The notes beneath the pieces were generated by a model, which had not been told where the DNA came from, did not search any database, and worked only from the letters and a program-made list of their open reading frames with translations. A DNA stretch of 63,458 bases from Lishizhenia tianjinensis. GTDB lineage: Bacteria; Bacteroidota; Bacteroidia; Flavobacteriales_D; Crocinitomicaceae. Position numbers and translations under genes: made by a program. Positions 19,202-28,244 of the stretch are shown piece by piece (position 1 is the first letter of the stretch; every line of letters starts with the position of its first letter). Location: positions 1 through 63,458 of the forward strand of contig CAMBBW010000001.1 in the NCBI GenBank assembly GCA_945863425.1. The letters are read 5' to 3'.

Positions 19202-20473
19202 ATGAACAAACTTTTCTTTTTCTTCATTAGTATTGCAACAACATTTGGATGTTTTGCTCAGCCTACAGGTGGAAGCGGAGCCTCTGATAACGATTTGCAA
19301 TTAAATACAATCACAACAGCTTTGCCATTTTTGGCAATAACCCCAGACTCACGAGCCGGGGGGATGGGAGATGCTGGAACTGCTTTAAGTCCAACCTCAA
19401 CGTCAGTGTATTGGAATACTTCCATGATTTCATTTGCCAAAGAAAAATCTGAAGTTAGTTTATCCTATACTCCATGGTTGAGGCAATTAACGAACGACAT
19501 TCATCTATCCTATTTAGCATTTTATTATAAAATAAATCGCTTACATTCAGTTGGAGGGGCATTACGTTATTTTAGTTTGGGTGAAATCACGTTTACGGAT
19601 GCATCAGGAAATGTAATTCGCGATGATAAACCGAGTGAATTTGAATTAACTGGAGCCTATGCATTTCGTTTATCTGACAAATTTAGTATTGGACTAAATG
19701 GGAAATTTGCTTATTCCAATTTAACGGGCGGACTTACGGTTGGAGGTGTAAATACGAAAGCCGGAATTGTTGGAGCTACAGATATTTCGTTCACCTATTA
19801 TAATGAAGACGCGTCAATTGGTAAAACAAAAGGAGCATATACATTTGCAACAACAATCAATAACATTGGAAATAAAGTAGCCTATTCTGAATTATCACAA
19901 CGAGATTTCATTCCGATGAATTTAAAAATCGGCAATGCCTACAAAGCAAATTTTGACAAATACAACTCCGTTACTTTCGCGTTGGATTTGCAAAAATTAT
20001 TAGTACCAACTCCAGCGTATTATGACGTGATTGACGGAACGTATACCATGATATCCGGCCGTTCAAATGATGTAGGGGTAATTTCCGGAATGGTTCAGTC
20101 ATTTTATGATGCTCCGGGGGCTCCTCTTACGGATGCCGATGGAAAATACATTCAAAATAGTGACGGATCTTACCAAGTTAAAAAAGGCTCAAAACTAGTA
20201 GAAGAACTTACCGAAATCAATATTGCTGGAGGATTAGAGTGGTGGTATAACAACGTACTTGCAGTAAGAGGTGGTGTTTTCTTCGAAAACAAAAACAAAG
20301 GAAATAGACAGTATATCAATATTGGAGCTAGTTTTAAATATAATATGTTTGGAATTGATTTTTCCTATTTGGCTTCAATTAGTGGTAGACAAAGTCCACT
20401 TGCAAATACACTTCGTTTTACATTACGATTGAATTTAGACGGTAAATCCTCTACCGACAAACAATCAGAATAA
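19202..20473 (+). CDS. porV: Type IX secretion system outer-membrane shuttle/channel protein PorV (LptO)
   Basis: 423 aa with a signal peptide. N-terminal ITTALPFLAITPDSRAGGMGDAGTA signature as I recall for PorV. Beta-barrel-like alternation. Synteny with porU. Confidence 0.8.
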   Translation: MNKLFFFFISIATTFGCFAQPTGGSGASDNDLQLNTITTALPFLAITPDSRAGGMGDAGTALSPTSTSVYWNTSMISFAKEKSEVSLSYTPWLRQLTNDIHLSYLAFYYKINRLHSVGGALRYFSLGEITFTDASGNVIRDDKPSEFELTGAYAFRLSDKFSIGLNGKFAYSNLTGGLTVGGVNTKAGIVGATDISFTYYNEDASIGKTKGAYTFATTINNIGNKVAYSELSQRDFIPMNLKIGNAYKANFDKYNSVTFALDLQKLLVPTPAYYDVIDGTYTMISGRSNDVGVISGMVQSFYDAPGAPLTDADGKYIQNSDGSYQVKKGSKLVEELTEINIAGGLEWWYNNVLAVRGGVFFENKNKGNRQYINIGASFKYNMFGIDFSYLASISGRQSPLANTLRFTLRLNLDGKSSTDKQSE

Positions 20474-20476
20474 CCT

Positions 20477-20953
20477 ATGAAAATCAGAGTAGGCTTTGGT
20501 GTTGATGTTCATAGACTCGCGCAAGGGCATGATCTATTCATTGGTGGGGTTAAACTAAATTCAGAACTTGGAGCCGTTGGGCATTCTGACGCAGATGTAT
20601 TACTACACGCAATATGCGATGCGCTTCTTGGAGCGGCCAATTTAAGAGACATTGGATTTCATTTCTCAGACACAGATCCTAAATTCAAAGGGATTGACTC
20701 GACCATTTTATTGACTGAAGTTTACCAAAAAGTTGTTTCTAAAGGATTTAAAGTTGAAAACTTGGACTGTACAGTGGTTTTAGAAAAACCGAAAGTAAAT
20801 CCCCACATTCCATTCATGCAAGAAATTATTTCTCGGATATTAGAAATCGATAAGGATGCTGTTTCAATTAAAGCTACTACGCATGAACAAGTGGATTCTT
20901 TTGGTGAAAGCAAAGCTATTAAGGCTTATGCAGCGTGCCTATTAATGGGCTGA
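20477..20953 (+). CDS. ispF: 2-C-methyl-D-erythritol 2,4-cyclodiphosphate synthase
   Basis: 158 aa. GFGVDVHRL and GHSDADVLLHAICDALLGA motifs. Ends in TGA (20951-20953). Confidence 0.95.
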   Translation: MKIRVGFGVDVHRLAQGHDLFIGGVKLNSELGAVGHSDADVLLHAICDALLGAANLRDIGFHFSDTDPKFKGIDSTILLTEVYQKVVSKGFKVENLDCTVVLEKPKVNPHIPFMQEIISRILEIDKDAVSIKATTHEQVDSFGESKAIKAYAACLLMG

Positions 20954-20960
20954 ATAGATT

Positions 20961-23240
20961 TTATTCTTGATCCAAAATTTTTAAATTCGCAAATTGCAAG
21001 AGTAAATTCTTTATTCCATGATGTGGAAAAAAAATAGTTGCTTTTTGATTGGAATCTATACCCTCTATTTTTGTTATCTTCCCTTTGCCAAACCGGCTAT
21101 GCTCAACATTCTGACCAACCATGAATTTTTGCAAAGTCTCTCCCCCTCGTTGCTCTTTTAGATCATTAATTGACGTTAAATTACCTGACGCACCCATTGG
21201 CTTATTCAATCCACCTGAGAAAGGACGTTCTTGCCTTGAAAAGCCCATGCCCAATGACCGACCTTGACCTCTTTGAGGCGTATCAAAATGAAGGAACTGT
21301 GCATCGATTTCATCGATAAAACGACTTGGTTCAGAGGTGATTAATTGCCCCCAAGTAAAGCGAGATGCAGCATATGACAGGGTACATGAGTCCTTTGCTC
21401 GTGTTACTGCCACATAAAACAACCTTCGTTCCTCCTCTAAGTCAGTTCTGGAATGTAAGGCCATTTGAGAAGGAAATAAATTCTCTTCTAAACCAACAAC
21501 GAAAACATGAGGAAATTCTAATCCTTTACTAGAGTGAATAGTCATCATTGTAACATGATTTCTTTCTTCGTTTTTATCTGTATCTGCATCCGTTAGTAGA
21601 GCGACATCCATAAGAAAATCAGCAAGCGTTTTCATCTCTTCCTCATCACTTGTATTTACAAACTCCTGAATACCAGCAAGTAATTCTTCAATGTTTTGAT
21701 AACGTTCTACCTCCTCCGGACCTTTATCTTTTTCACTCAATAATTCTTTAACTATACCAGAAGATTTAGCAATTGTTTCAGCTAATTGGAATGCATTTAC
21801 TTGGTTAACTTGAGCCTGAAAACTTTGAATCATTGTCGTAAATTCATTCAGTTTATCTCGCGTTCCTTTATTGAAATCTGTGTGGTATTCATAAGGATTA
21901 GTCAATACATCCCAGATACTTACTGCGTATTTATTTGCGGCAATCACTAATTTTTCTTCAGTTGTTTTACCAAGTGCACGTTTCGGATAATTCAAAACTC
22001 GTTTCAAGGCTTCTTCATCATGTGGATTAGTGGTAAGTCTAAAATAAGCCAACAAGTCTTTTATCTCCTTGCGCTGATAGAATGACAATCCACCGTATAT
22101 TTTATAAGGAATATTAAACTTTCTCAATGCCTCCTCAAAAGCACGGGATTGTCTGTTTGTTCGATATAAAATTGCCAAATCATTGAATGAAATTGGCGTT
22201 GACTGCTTCAAATCGAATATTTTACTTGCTATAATTTTTCCTTCTTCGTTATCAGTTAATGTTCGAATAACAGTAATTTTGTTGCCTTCCGCATTATCCG
22301 TCCAAACGGTTTTCTGAATTTGATCTTTATTTTTAGAAATAATTGAATTGGCAGCCTCCACAATATTCTTTGAACTTCTGTAATTTTGTTCGAGTTTAAA
22401 CAATTTAAAATCGGGGTAGTCCACTTTAAAATTGAGAATGTTTTGAATGTTTGCTCCTCGAAAAGAATAGATACTTTGTGCATCATCCCCTACTACGCAA
22501 ATATTCTCATAAAGGGCGGCCAATTTTTTAACGATTAAGTATTGAGCGTAGTTGGTATCTTGATATTCATCAACAAGAATGAATTTAAATTTTTGCTGGT
22601 AATAGTGTAAAACATCTGGAAAATCTCTCAGTAAAACATGAGTTTGAAACAACAAGTCATCAAAATCCATGGCGCCCGCTTTTCGGCATCGATTTTCGTA
22701 GCGTGCATAAATATTCTTGATTTCTGATCGCTTTGATTGTTTGTCTTCAAAAAGAATCTCTTCATTTTGAGCATACATTTCAGCCGAAATCAAATTGTTT
22801 TTTGCAGAAGAAATTCGACCCATCACAGCGCTAGGCTTGTATGCTTTATCGTCTAAATTCAATTCTTTAATTATGTCTTTTAATAAGTTTTTAGAATCTT
22901 GGGTATCGTAGATGGTAAAATTGGAAGGATAACCCAAGCGATCAGCGTTGAAGCGAAGAATGCGCGAGAACACCGAGTGAAAAGTACCCATTGTGCTATT
23001 TTTCGCCTCAGATGGACCAATGATTTTCCCTATTCGCTCGGTCATTTCACGAGCAGCTTTATTGGTGAAAGTCAACGCGAGTATATTAAAAGGATCAACA
23101 CCATTTTCCACTAAATAGGCTATCCGATAAGTCAAAACTCTAGTTTTTCCAGATCCTGCCCCAGCAATCACCATGATTGGACCATCGATTTGTTCAACGG
23201 CAGCACGTTGACTCGCATTTAATTCATCTAAATAACTCAT
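20961..23240 (-). CDS. uvrD: UvrD/PcrA-type ATP-dependent DNA helicase
   Basis: 759 aa. Walker A AGAGSGKT, motif II VDEYQDTN, and UvrD-like C-terminal region. Confidence 0.9.
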   Translation of the reverse strand: MSYLDELNASQRAAVEQIDGPIMVIAGAGSGKTRVLTYRIAYLVENGVDPFNILALTFTNKAAREMTERIGKIIGPSEAKNSTMGTFHSVFSRILRFNADRLGYPSNFTIYDTQDSKNLLKDIIKELNLDDKAYKPSAVMGRISSAKNNLISAEMYAQNEEILFEDKQSKRSEIKNIYARYENRCRKAGAMDFDDLLFQTHVLLRDFPDVLHYYQQKFKFILVDEYQDTNYAQYLIVKKLAALYENICVVGDDAQSIYSFRGANIQNILNFKVDYPDFKLFKLEQNYRSSKNIVEAANSIISKNKDQIQKTVWTDNAEGNKITVIRTLTDNEEGKIIASKIFDLKQSTPISFNDLAILYRTNRQSRAFEEALRKFNIPYKIYGGLSFYQRKEIKDLLAYFRLTTNPHDEEALKRVLNYPKRALGKTTEEKLVIAANKYAVSIWDVLTNPYEYHTDFNKGTRDKLNEFTTMIQSFQAQVNQVNAFQLAETIAKSSGIVKELLSEKDKGPEEVERYQNIEELLAGIQEFVNTSDEEEMKTLADFLMDVALLTDADTDKNEERNHVTMMTIHSSKGLEFPHVFVVGLEENLFPSQMALHSRTDLEEERRLFYVAVTRAKDSCTLSYAASRFTWGQLITSEPSRFIDEIDAQFLHFDTPQRGQGRSLGMGFSRQERPFSGGLNKPMGASGNLTSINDLKEQRGGETLQKFMVGQNVEHSRFGKGKITKIEGIDSNQKATIFFPHHGIKNLLLQFANLKILDQE

Positions 23241-23257
23241 GAAAAAAGTATGTTTAA

Positions 23258-23265
23258 CAAAGATA
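23258..23265 (-). promoter_or_regulatory. Candidate -7 promoter box (TATCTTTG) for the uvrD-like helicase gene
   Basis: Exact TAnnTTTG on the minus strand, 17 nt upstream of ATG 23240. Confidence 0.35.
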
Positions 23266-23326
23266 CGAAATCAATACCTTGTCGAGTTTAATGTTTGTAA
23301 AAATTACTCAAAACTAAAAAAGACCC

Positions 23327-23334
23327 TATCTTTG
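23327..23334 (+). promoter_or_regulatory. Candidate -7 promoter box (TATCTTTG) abutting the beta-barrel gene start
   Basis: Exact TAnnTTTG on the plus strand, followed by 6 nt (TTAAAA) and then ATG 23341. The identical octamer serves the divergent helicase gene. Confidence 0.4.
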
Positions 23335-23340
23335 TTAAAA

Positions 23341-23961
23341 ATGATCCTTATGAAAGATGCGCTATTCATTTTATTGCTTTTAATTTCGTTGAATTCAAAA
23401 TCCCAGGCGCTCCAGGGAATGGAAATTGGTTTCGATGGGTTCTTTGGTGCCTCTAATCTTGGATCCAGTTTTGGGATTGGACCTAAACTTGGACTCATGT
23501 TGAATGAAAATTTAATCGTCGGTCCGTCGTTTCGAATACAACAAACAACCTCAAATTATTTAGGAATTAATACATCACGAAGGGTATTTGGTGGAGGAGC
23601 TTTTATTCATGGAAGAATTGTTGGATCTGGGAAAACTCATGTTTATGGTGGCGCAGAATTTGAACTTTTAAAGAGTCCTTTCAATTATATAACCTATCAA
23701 CAGTTAACCTCTAAAAAATGGGCTCCTACCCTATTTTTATGTGGTGGCGTTAAATTAGACCTTGCCAAATCATTCTCCTTGACTGCTGGCCTTTATTACG
23801 ACATAATCAACGCGAACAATAGCCCATTTCGAAGTGCCTACGCAATAAAACTCAAGAATGAACAAGGTCAAATAGTAAAAATACTTCCTATTATCTATCG
23901 TTTATCTTTAATTATCAGGTTGTTTGAATCAGAATATACTGCAGAAATGAATGAAGAGTAG
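23341..23961 (+). CDS. Small outer-membrane beta-barrel-like protein, function unknown
   Basis: Started at ATG 23341 it begins MILMKDALFILLLLISLNSKSQA (signal peptide). Gly/aromatic-rich alternating segments follow. The track start 23239 would overlap the helicase gene start and both promoter boxes. Confidence 0.55.
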   Translation: MILMKDALFILLLLISLNSKSQALQGMEIGFDGFFGASNLGSSFGIGPKLGLMLNENLIVGPSFRIQQTTSNYLGINTSRRVFGGGAFIHGRIVGSGKTHVYGGAEFELLKSPFNYITYQQLTSKKWAPTLFLCGGVKLDLAKSFSLTAGLYYDIINANNSPFRSAYAIKLKNEQGQIVKILPIIYRLSLIIRLFESEYTAEMNEE

Positions 23962-23996
23962 CACTTCATTAAAAACTGTTGATTAATAAGAAGAAC

Positions 23997-25130
23997 ATGA
24001 AAATAGGGATGGTATTGTATCCCACTTTTGGAGGAAGTGGTGTGGTTGGAACCGAATTAGGGAAAGCATTGGCCAAAAAAGGGCATCAAGTGCATTTTAT
24101 TACGTATTCTCAACCGGTTAGACTAGGAAGTTTTCATGAGAATATTTTCTACCACGAAGTATCTGTTAGCAATTATCCCTTGTTCGATTACCAACCTTAC
24201 GAAACAGAATTGGCCAGCAAGCTAGTAGATGTTGTAAAACATGAAAAACTGGACCTTTTACACGTTCATTATGCTATCCCACATGCCTCTGCTGCTTTTA
24301 TGGCACAACAAATCCTTAAGACACAAGGCATTAATATTCCTTTTATCACAACGCTGCATGGAACGGATATCACGTTAGTTGGTAGAGACCCCTCGTTTGA
24401 GCCAGTTATTCGATTTTGTATTAATGTATCCAACGCCGTAACAACCGTTTCTGAAAGTTTAAAACAAGATACGATAAAGCATTTCGGGATTGAGCGGCCC
24501 ATCCATGTTATCTCGAATTTTATTCAAATCGAAAATACGGATTCAGCTGATGCAATTCAGGAACTAAGGACAAAATATGCCAAAGAAGGACAAAAAATAG
24601 TGTGTCATATTTCAAATTTCAGGCCGGTAAAACGTGTTGAAGATGTTATTTTGATTTTCAGTGAAATCCAAAGAAATCTTGATGCTAAGTTAATTTTAGT
24701 TGGTGACGGGCCCGACAGGCAAATGGCGGAAAAATTAAGTAGAAAATTAGGTTTGATTGACCAGGTTATTTTTTTCGGAAAAGTGAGAGACACGAACCAT
24801 ATTTTAGAATTTTCAGATTTGTTTTTACTCCCTTCAGAAACCGAGAGCTTTGGTTTGGCGGCATTGGAAGCTATGGCGGCAGGTGTCCCAGTGATTTCGT
24901 CCAACACAGGTGGAATTCCAGAAGTAAACATCGAAGGTTATTCAGGTTATTTATCAGATGTTGGGGATATTGAATCGATGGCACGGAATGCTGTGGATCT
25001 ATTATCCGATGCTAAAAAACTAGCTCTTTTCAGAGTTCAAGCAAAAGAACGAGCAGCCCTGTTTTCTTTAGACAAAATCTTACCGCAATACGAACATTTA
25101 TACCAAGAAGTAATTAAAAAAAATCATTAG
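23997..25130 (+). CDS. bshA: N-acetyl-alpha-D-glucosaminyl L-malate synthase (bacillithiol biosynthesis glycosyltransferase, GT4)
   Basis: MKIGMVLYPTFGGSGVVGTELGKALAKKGHQVHFITY N-terminus and the ESFGLAALEAMAAGVPVISSNTGGIPE motif are BshA-like. ATG 23997 preferred over track TTG 23979. Confidence 0.85.
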   Translation: MKIGMVLYPTFGGSGVVGTELGKALAKKGHQVHFITYSQPVRLGSFHENIFYHEVSVSNYPLFDYQPYETELASKLVDVVKHEKLDLLHVHYAIPHASAAFMAQQILKTQGINIPFITTLHGTDITLVGRDPSFEPVIRFCINVSNAVTTVSESLKQDTIKHFGIERPIHVISNFIQIENTDSADAIQELRTKYAKEGQKIVCHISNFRPVKRVEDVILIFSEIQRNLDAKLILVGDGPDRQMAEKLSRKLGLIDQVIFFGKVRDTNHILEFSDLFLLPSETESFGLAALEAMAAGVPVISSNTGGIPEVNIEGYSGYLSDVGDIESMARNAVDLLSDAKKLALFRVQAKERAALFSLDKILPQYEHLYQEVIKKNH

Positions 25131-25404
25131 CCTCTTTGCCTTTTTTCCCTTTCTCCAATTTTAATCTTTTTTCGTTTCTTTTGATTGCTAATTTATACTG
25201 TTTGGATTGATTTTTCCAATGTCTTTTTTGTGATTTTCGTTCATCCCGTTTTTTTATGCTATTTTCCTTTTTTTGTGATTTGGAAATAATTTTATTAGCC
25301 TGCTTACTTTGCCTTTCAGAAGGAGTCAATTTTGAAGTAACACAAGCTGATACCATCAGAAGTGCAAATAAAAAAAATAACCATGCGTTTCGTTTAAAAA
25401 GCAT
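25114..25404 (-). CDS. Small, extremely Lys/Arg-rich predicted lipoprotein
   Basis: 96 aa. The signal peptide ends with a VSAC lipobox (MLFKRNAWLFFLFALLMVSAC). The mature part is about one-third K/R. The 3' end overlaps the bshA 3' end by 17 nt. It could be a chance ORF on an A-rich strand. Confidence 0.45.
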   Translation of the reverse strand: MLFKRNAWLFFLFALLMVSACVTSKLTPSERQSKQANKIISKSQKKENSIKKRDERKSQKRHWKNQSKQYKLAIKRNEKRLKLEKGKKGKEANDFF

Positions 25405-25420
25405 TTTGTAATTTTAAACA

Positions 25421-25846
25421 ATGAAGTTCGTAATTTTTTTAATAGGATCTCTATTGCTGATCAGTACATCCTGCAATAAAAATGGTGCAAACCCTGTCCC
25501 TAACATTCCGTTCGATATCACAATCGATATTAATTTACCCAGTTATTCTAATCTATCTGGTGTTGGCGGTTGGGCATATGTGAATGGTGGTTCTCGAGGG
25601 ATTATCGTTTACAGGCGTGCGATAGATGAATTTGTAGCGTTTGATAGACATTCTCCTGCTGATGCCTCAGGAACGTGCTTTTTGCCTCTTTTCCCCGATT
25701 CCGAAAATTTCCTGCAATTAAATGACACATGTAATACTGCGACTTTTTCTTTGTATGATGGTTCGCCAATAGCCAATAGTCAATATGGTTTGCGGCAATA
25801 CAGAACTGTATTCAATGGAACGAATTTAGTTAGGATTTACAATTAA
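25421..25846 (+). CDS. Small lipoprotein, possibly a degenerate Rieske-like fold
   Basis: 141 aa with signal peptide and Cys (LLLISTSC). The segments RGIIVYRR..FVAFDRHSP and LNDTCNTATFSLYDGSP line up with Rieske CPH / CxxH boxes but lack most cluster ligands. Confidence 0.6.
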   Translation: MKFVIFLIGSLLLISTSCNKNGANPVPNIPFDITIDINLPSYSNLSGVGGWAYVNGGSRGIIVYRRAIDEFVAFDRHSPADASGTCFLPLFPDSENFLQLNDTCNTATFSLYDGSPIANSQYGLRQYRTVFNGTNLVRIYN

Positions 25847-25869
25847 CCGCTTAAAGAAAACGTTCAGAC

Positions 25870-27042
25870 ATGTCAATAACAAAGGGGATAGCCATTTTAG
25901 GTTCAACGGGTTCGATTGGTACGCAAGCATTAGATGTAATTTCTAATTTCCCAGATTTTTTTCGTTTAGAAGTGTTAACAGCCCATAAAAATGTTGAGTT
26001 ACTTATCGAACAAGCCATTAAATATCAACCAAATTCAGTTGTAATTGGGGATGATTCGCTTTATGGCAAACTCAAAGAATCCTTGGCAAACGAAGACATT
26101 CATGTGTATGCAGGAGAGGATGCAATCTGTCAAGTTGTTGAATCAACGGAAGTTGATACTGTATTAACTGCAATGGTTGGATATGCTGGACTAAAACCGA
26201 CATTGCGAGCAATTGAAGCAGGAAAAACAATTGCATTGGCAAATAAAGAAACGCTTGTTGTTGCGGGTGAATTGGTAACAAAATTAGCAAAAGAAAAGGG
26301 TGTAAATATATACCCTGTGGACTCTGAGCATTCAGCAATCTTTCAGTGTTTAGTCGGTGAGTTTCACAATCCAATAGAAAAGATTTACTTGACAGCGTCT
26401 GGAGGTCCTTTTCGAGGATTCTCGGCAGAACAATTAGCGCAAGTCACGAAGGAACAAGCGTTGAAGCATCCTAACTGGTCTATGGGAGCGAAAATAACCA
26501 TTGATTCTGCGTCCATGATGAATAAAGGATTGGAAGTAATTGAAGCAAAATGGTTGTTTAACCTTAAGCCAGCTCAAATTGACGTGATTGTTCATCCTCA
26601 GTCTATCGTTCATTCTTTAGTACAATTTGAAGATGGAAGTATGAAGGCCCAGATGGGATTACCAGATATGAAACTACCGATTCAATTCGCTCTCACCTAC
26701 CCCAATCGATTACCAACTGAGTTTCCAAGATTCAATTTTCTGGACTATCCAAGTCTAACATTTGAAAAGGTTGACAACCAAGTTTTTCAAAATCTTGACC
26801 TTGCCTATCGAGCAATGGAACAAGAAGGAGTTGCAGCTTGTTTTTTAAACGCAGCAAATGAAGTGGCCGTTGAAGCATTTTTACAAGATAGAATTGACTT
26901 TATTGATATTTTTAAAATTAATAACGCCGTTCTTGAAAAAGCGCCCAAAATTCTTTCTCCCTCGTATGAAGACTATGTACTTTCAGATACAGAAGCGCGA
27001 ATTCTTGCGACTGAAATTTGTTCTAGCAAAAACAAAGCCTGA
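25870..27042 (+). CDS. dxr: 1-deoxy-D-xylulose 5-phosphate reductoisomerase
   Basis: 390 aa. ILGSTGSIGTQALDV NADPH-binding N-terminus, plus LANKETLV and DSEHSAIFQCL motifs. Ends in TGA (27040-27042). Confidence 0.95.
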   Translation: MSITKGIAILGSTGSIGTQALDVISNFPDFFRLEVLTAHKNVELLIEQAIKYQPNSVVIGDDSLYGKLKESLANEDIHVYAGEDAICQVVESTEVDTVLTAMVGYAGLKPTLRAIEAGKTIALANKETLVVAGELVTKLAKEKGVNIYPVDSEHSAIFQCLVGEFHNPIEKIYLTASGGPFRGFSAEQLAQVTKEQALKHPNWSMGAKITIDSASMMNKGLEVIEAKWLFNLKPAQIDVIVHPQSIVHSLVQFEDGSMKAQMGLPDMKLPIQFALTYPNRLPTEFPRFNFLDYPSLTFEKVDNQVFQNLDLAYRAMEQEGVAACFLNAANEVAVEAFLQDRIDFIDIFKINNAVLEKAPKILSPSYEDYVLSDTEARILATEICSSKNKA

Positions 27043-27057
27043 TACAACTCAAAATAG

Positions 27058-27065
27058 TACCTTTG
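27058..27065 (+). promoter_or_regulatory. Candidate -7 promoter box (TACCTTTG) abutting the rlmI start
   Basis: Exact TAnnTTTG, followed by 6 nt (CACCCT) and then ATG 27072. The track TTG start (27063) lies inside the box. Confidence 0.4.
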
Positions 27066-27071
27066 CACCCT

Positions 27072-28244
27072 ATGTACAAACAAGTCATTCTGAGTAAAAA
27101 CAAGGAAGAATCACTCTTAAGAAAGCATCCATGGGTGTTTTCTGGAGCCATTGACCTAATAGATGAGGAAATTTTAGACGGTGACATTGTTACTGTTTTT
27201 GACTCCAAAGAAAAATTTCTGGGGACGGGCCATTTTCAAAATGCAACAATAGCTGTTCGGATTCTTTCTTTTGAAGAAACAGAATTGGATCAAAAATTTT
27301 TCAATCACATCCTTTCTGAAGCTATTGAACTTAGAAAAACACTTGGTTTATTTTCAAAAGAAAATTCAATTTGTCGAATCGTACACGGAGAAGGTGATGG
27401 ATTACCCGGATTAATTATCGATTTTTACAATGGCATTGCAGTGATTCAATGTCATAGCATCGGAATGTATCAAATGATTGAATTGATCAGTCAGGCTCTT
27501 CAGAATTCTCTTGGTGAATCACTCAAAGCAATCTATTCGAAGTCTAGTGAAACATTACACAACAAGGAAGGAATCGTTGATTCCTATATTTGGGGCACAT
27601 GTAAAACTCCACACAAGGCAAAAGAAAATGGAATTCGGTTTTCAATTGATTGGGTTACTGGGCAAAAAACAGGTTTTTTCATTGACCAACGAGAAAATAG
27701 AAAATTGCTAAGTAAGTACGCAACCGGAAAAAAAGTATTGAACACATTTTGCTACAGTGGCGGATTTAGTCTTTTTGCCTTGAAAGCTGGAGCAAGCGAA
27801 GTTCATTCACTCGATAGTTCTAAAAAAGCGATCGAGTTAACAGAGAATAACATTCATTTAAATAAACTAACTGAAAATCATTTTTCGATTGTTGCGGATG
27901 CCATGGAATACATGAAAACTGTTGATAATTCGTTTGATGTAATTATATTAGATCCCCCAGCATTTGCGAAACACAGAGATAAGAGACATCAAGCAATACA
28001 AGGATACAAGCGATTGAATGAAATGGCGATTCGATCGATTAAACCCGGAGGAATTATTTTCACTTTTTCGTGTTCTCAAGTAGTTGATAAAAATTTATTC
28101 ACCCATACAATCATTGCCGCTGCAATTAATTCGGGACGAAAAATCCGAATTTTAGAACAGCTTCATCAGCCGGCTGACCACCCAATAAATGCATTTCATC
28201 CCGAAGGAGAGTATTTAAAAGGATTAGTAATTCAAGTTAGTTAA
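27072..28244 (+). CDS. rlmI: Class I SAM-dependent 23S rRNA (cytosine-C5) methyltransferase, RlmI-like (PUA + methyltransferase domains)
   Basis: From ATG 27072 the N-terminus [27 protein letters not shown] is collinear with E. coli RlmI as I recall it ([27 protein letters not shown]). SAM-binding [12 protein letters not shown] and ILDPPAF motifs. Confidence 0.85.
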   Translation: [390 protein letters not shown]

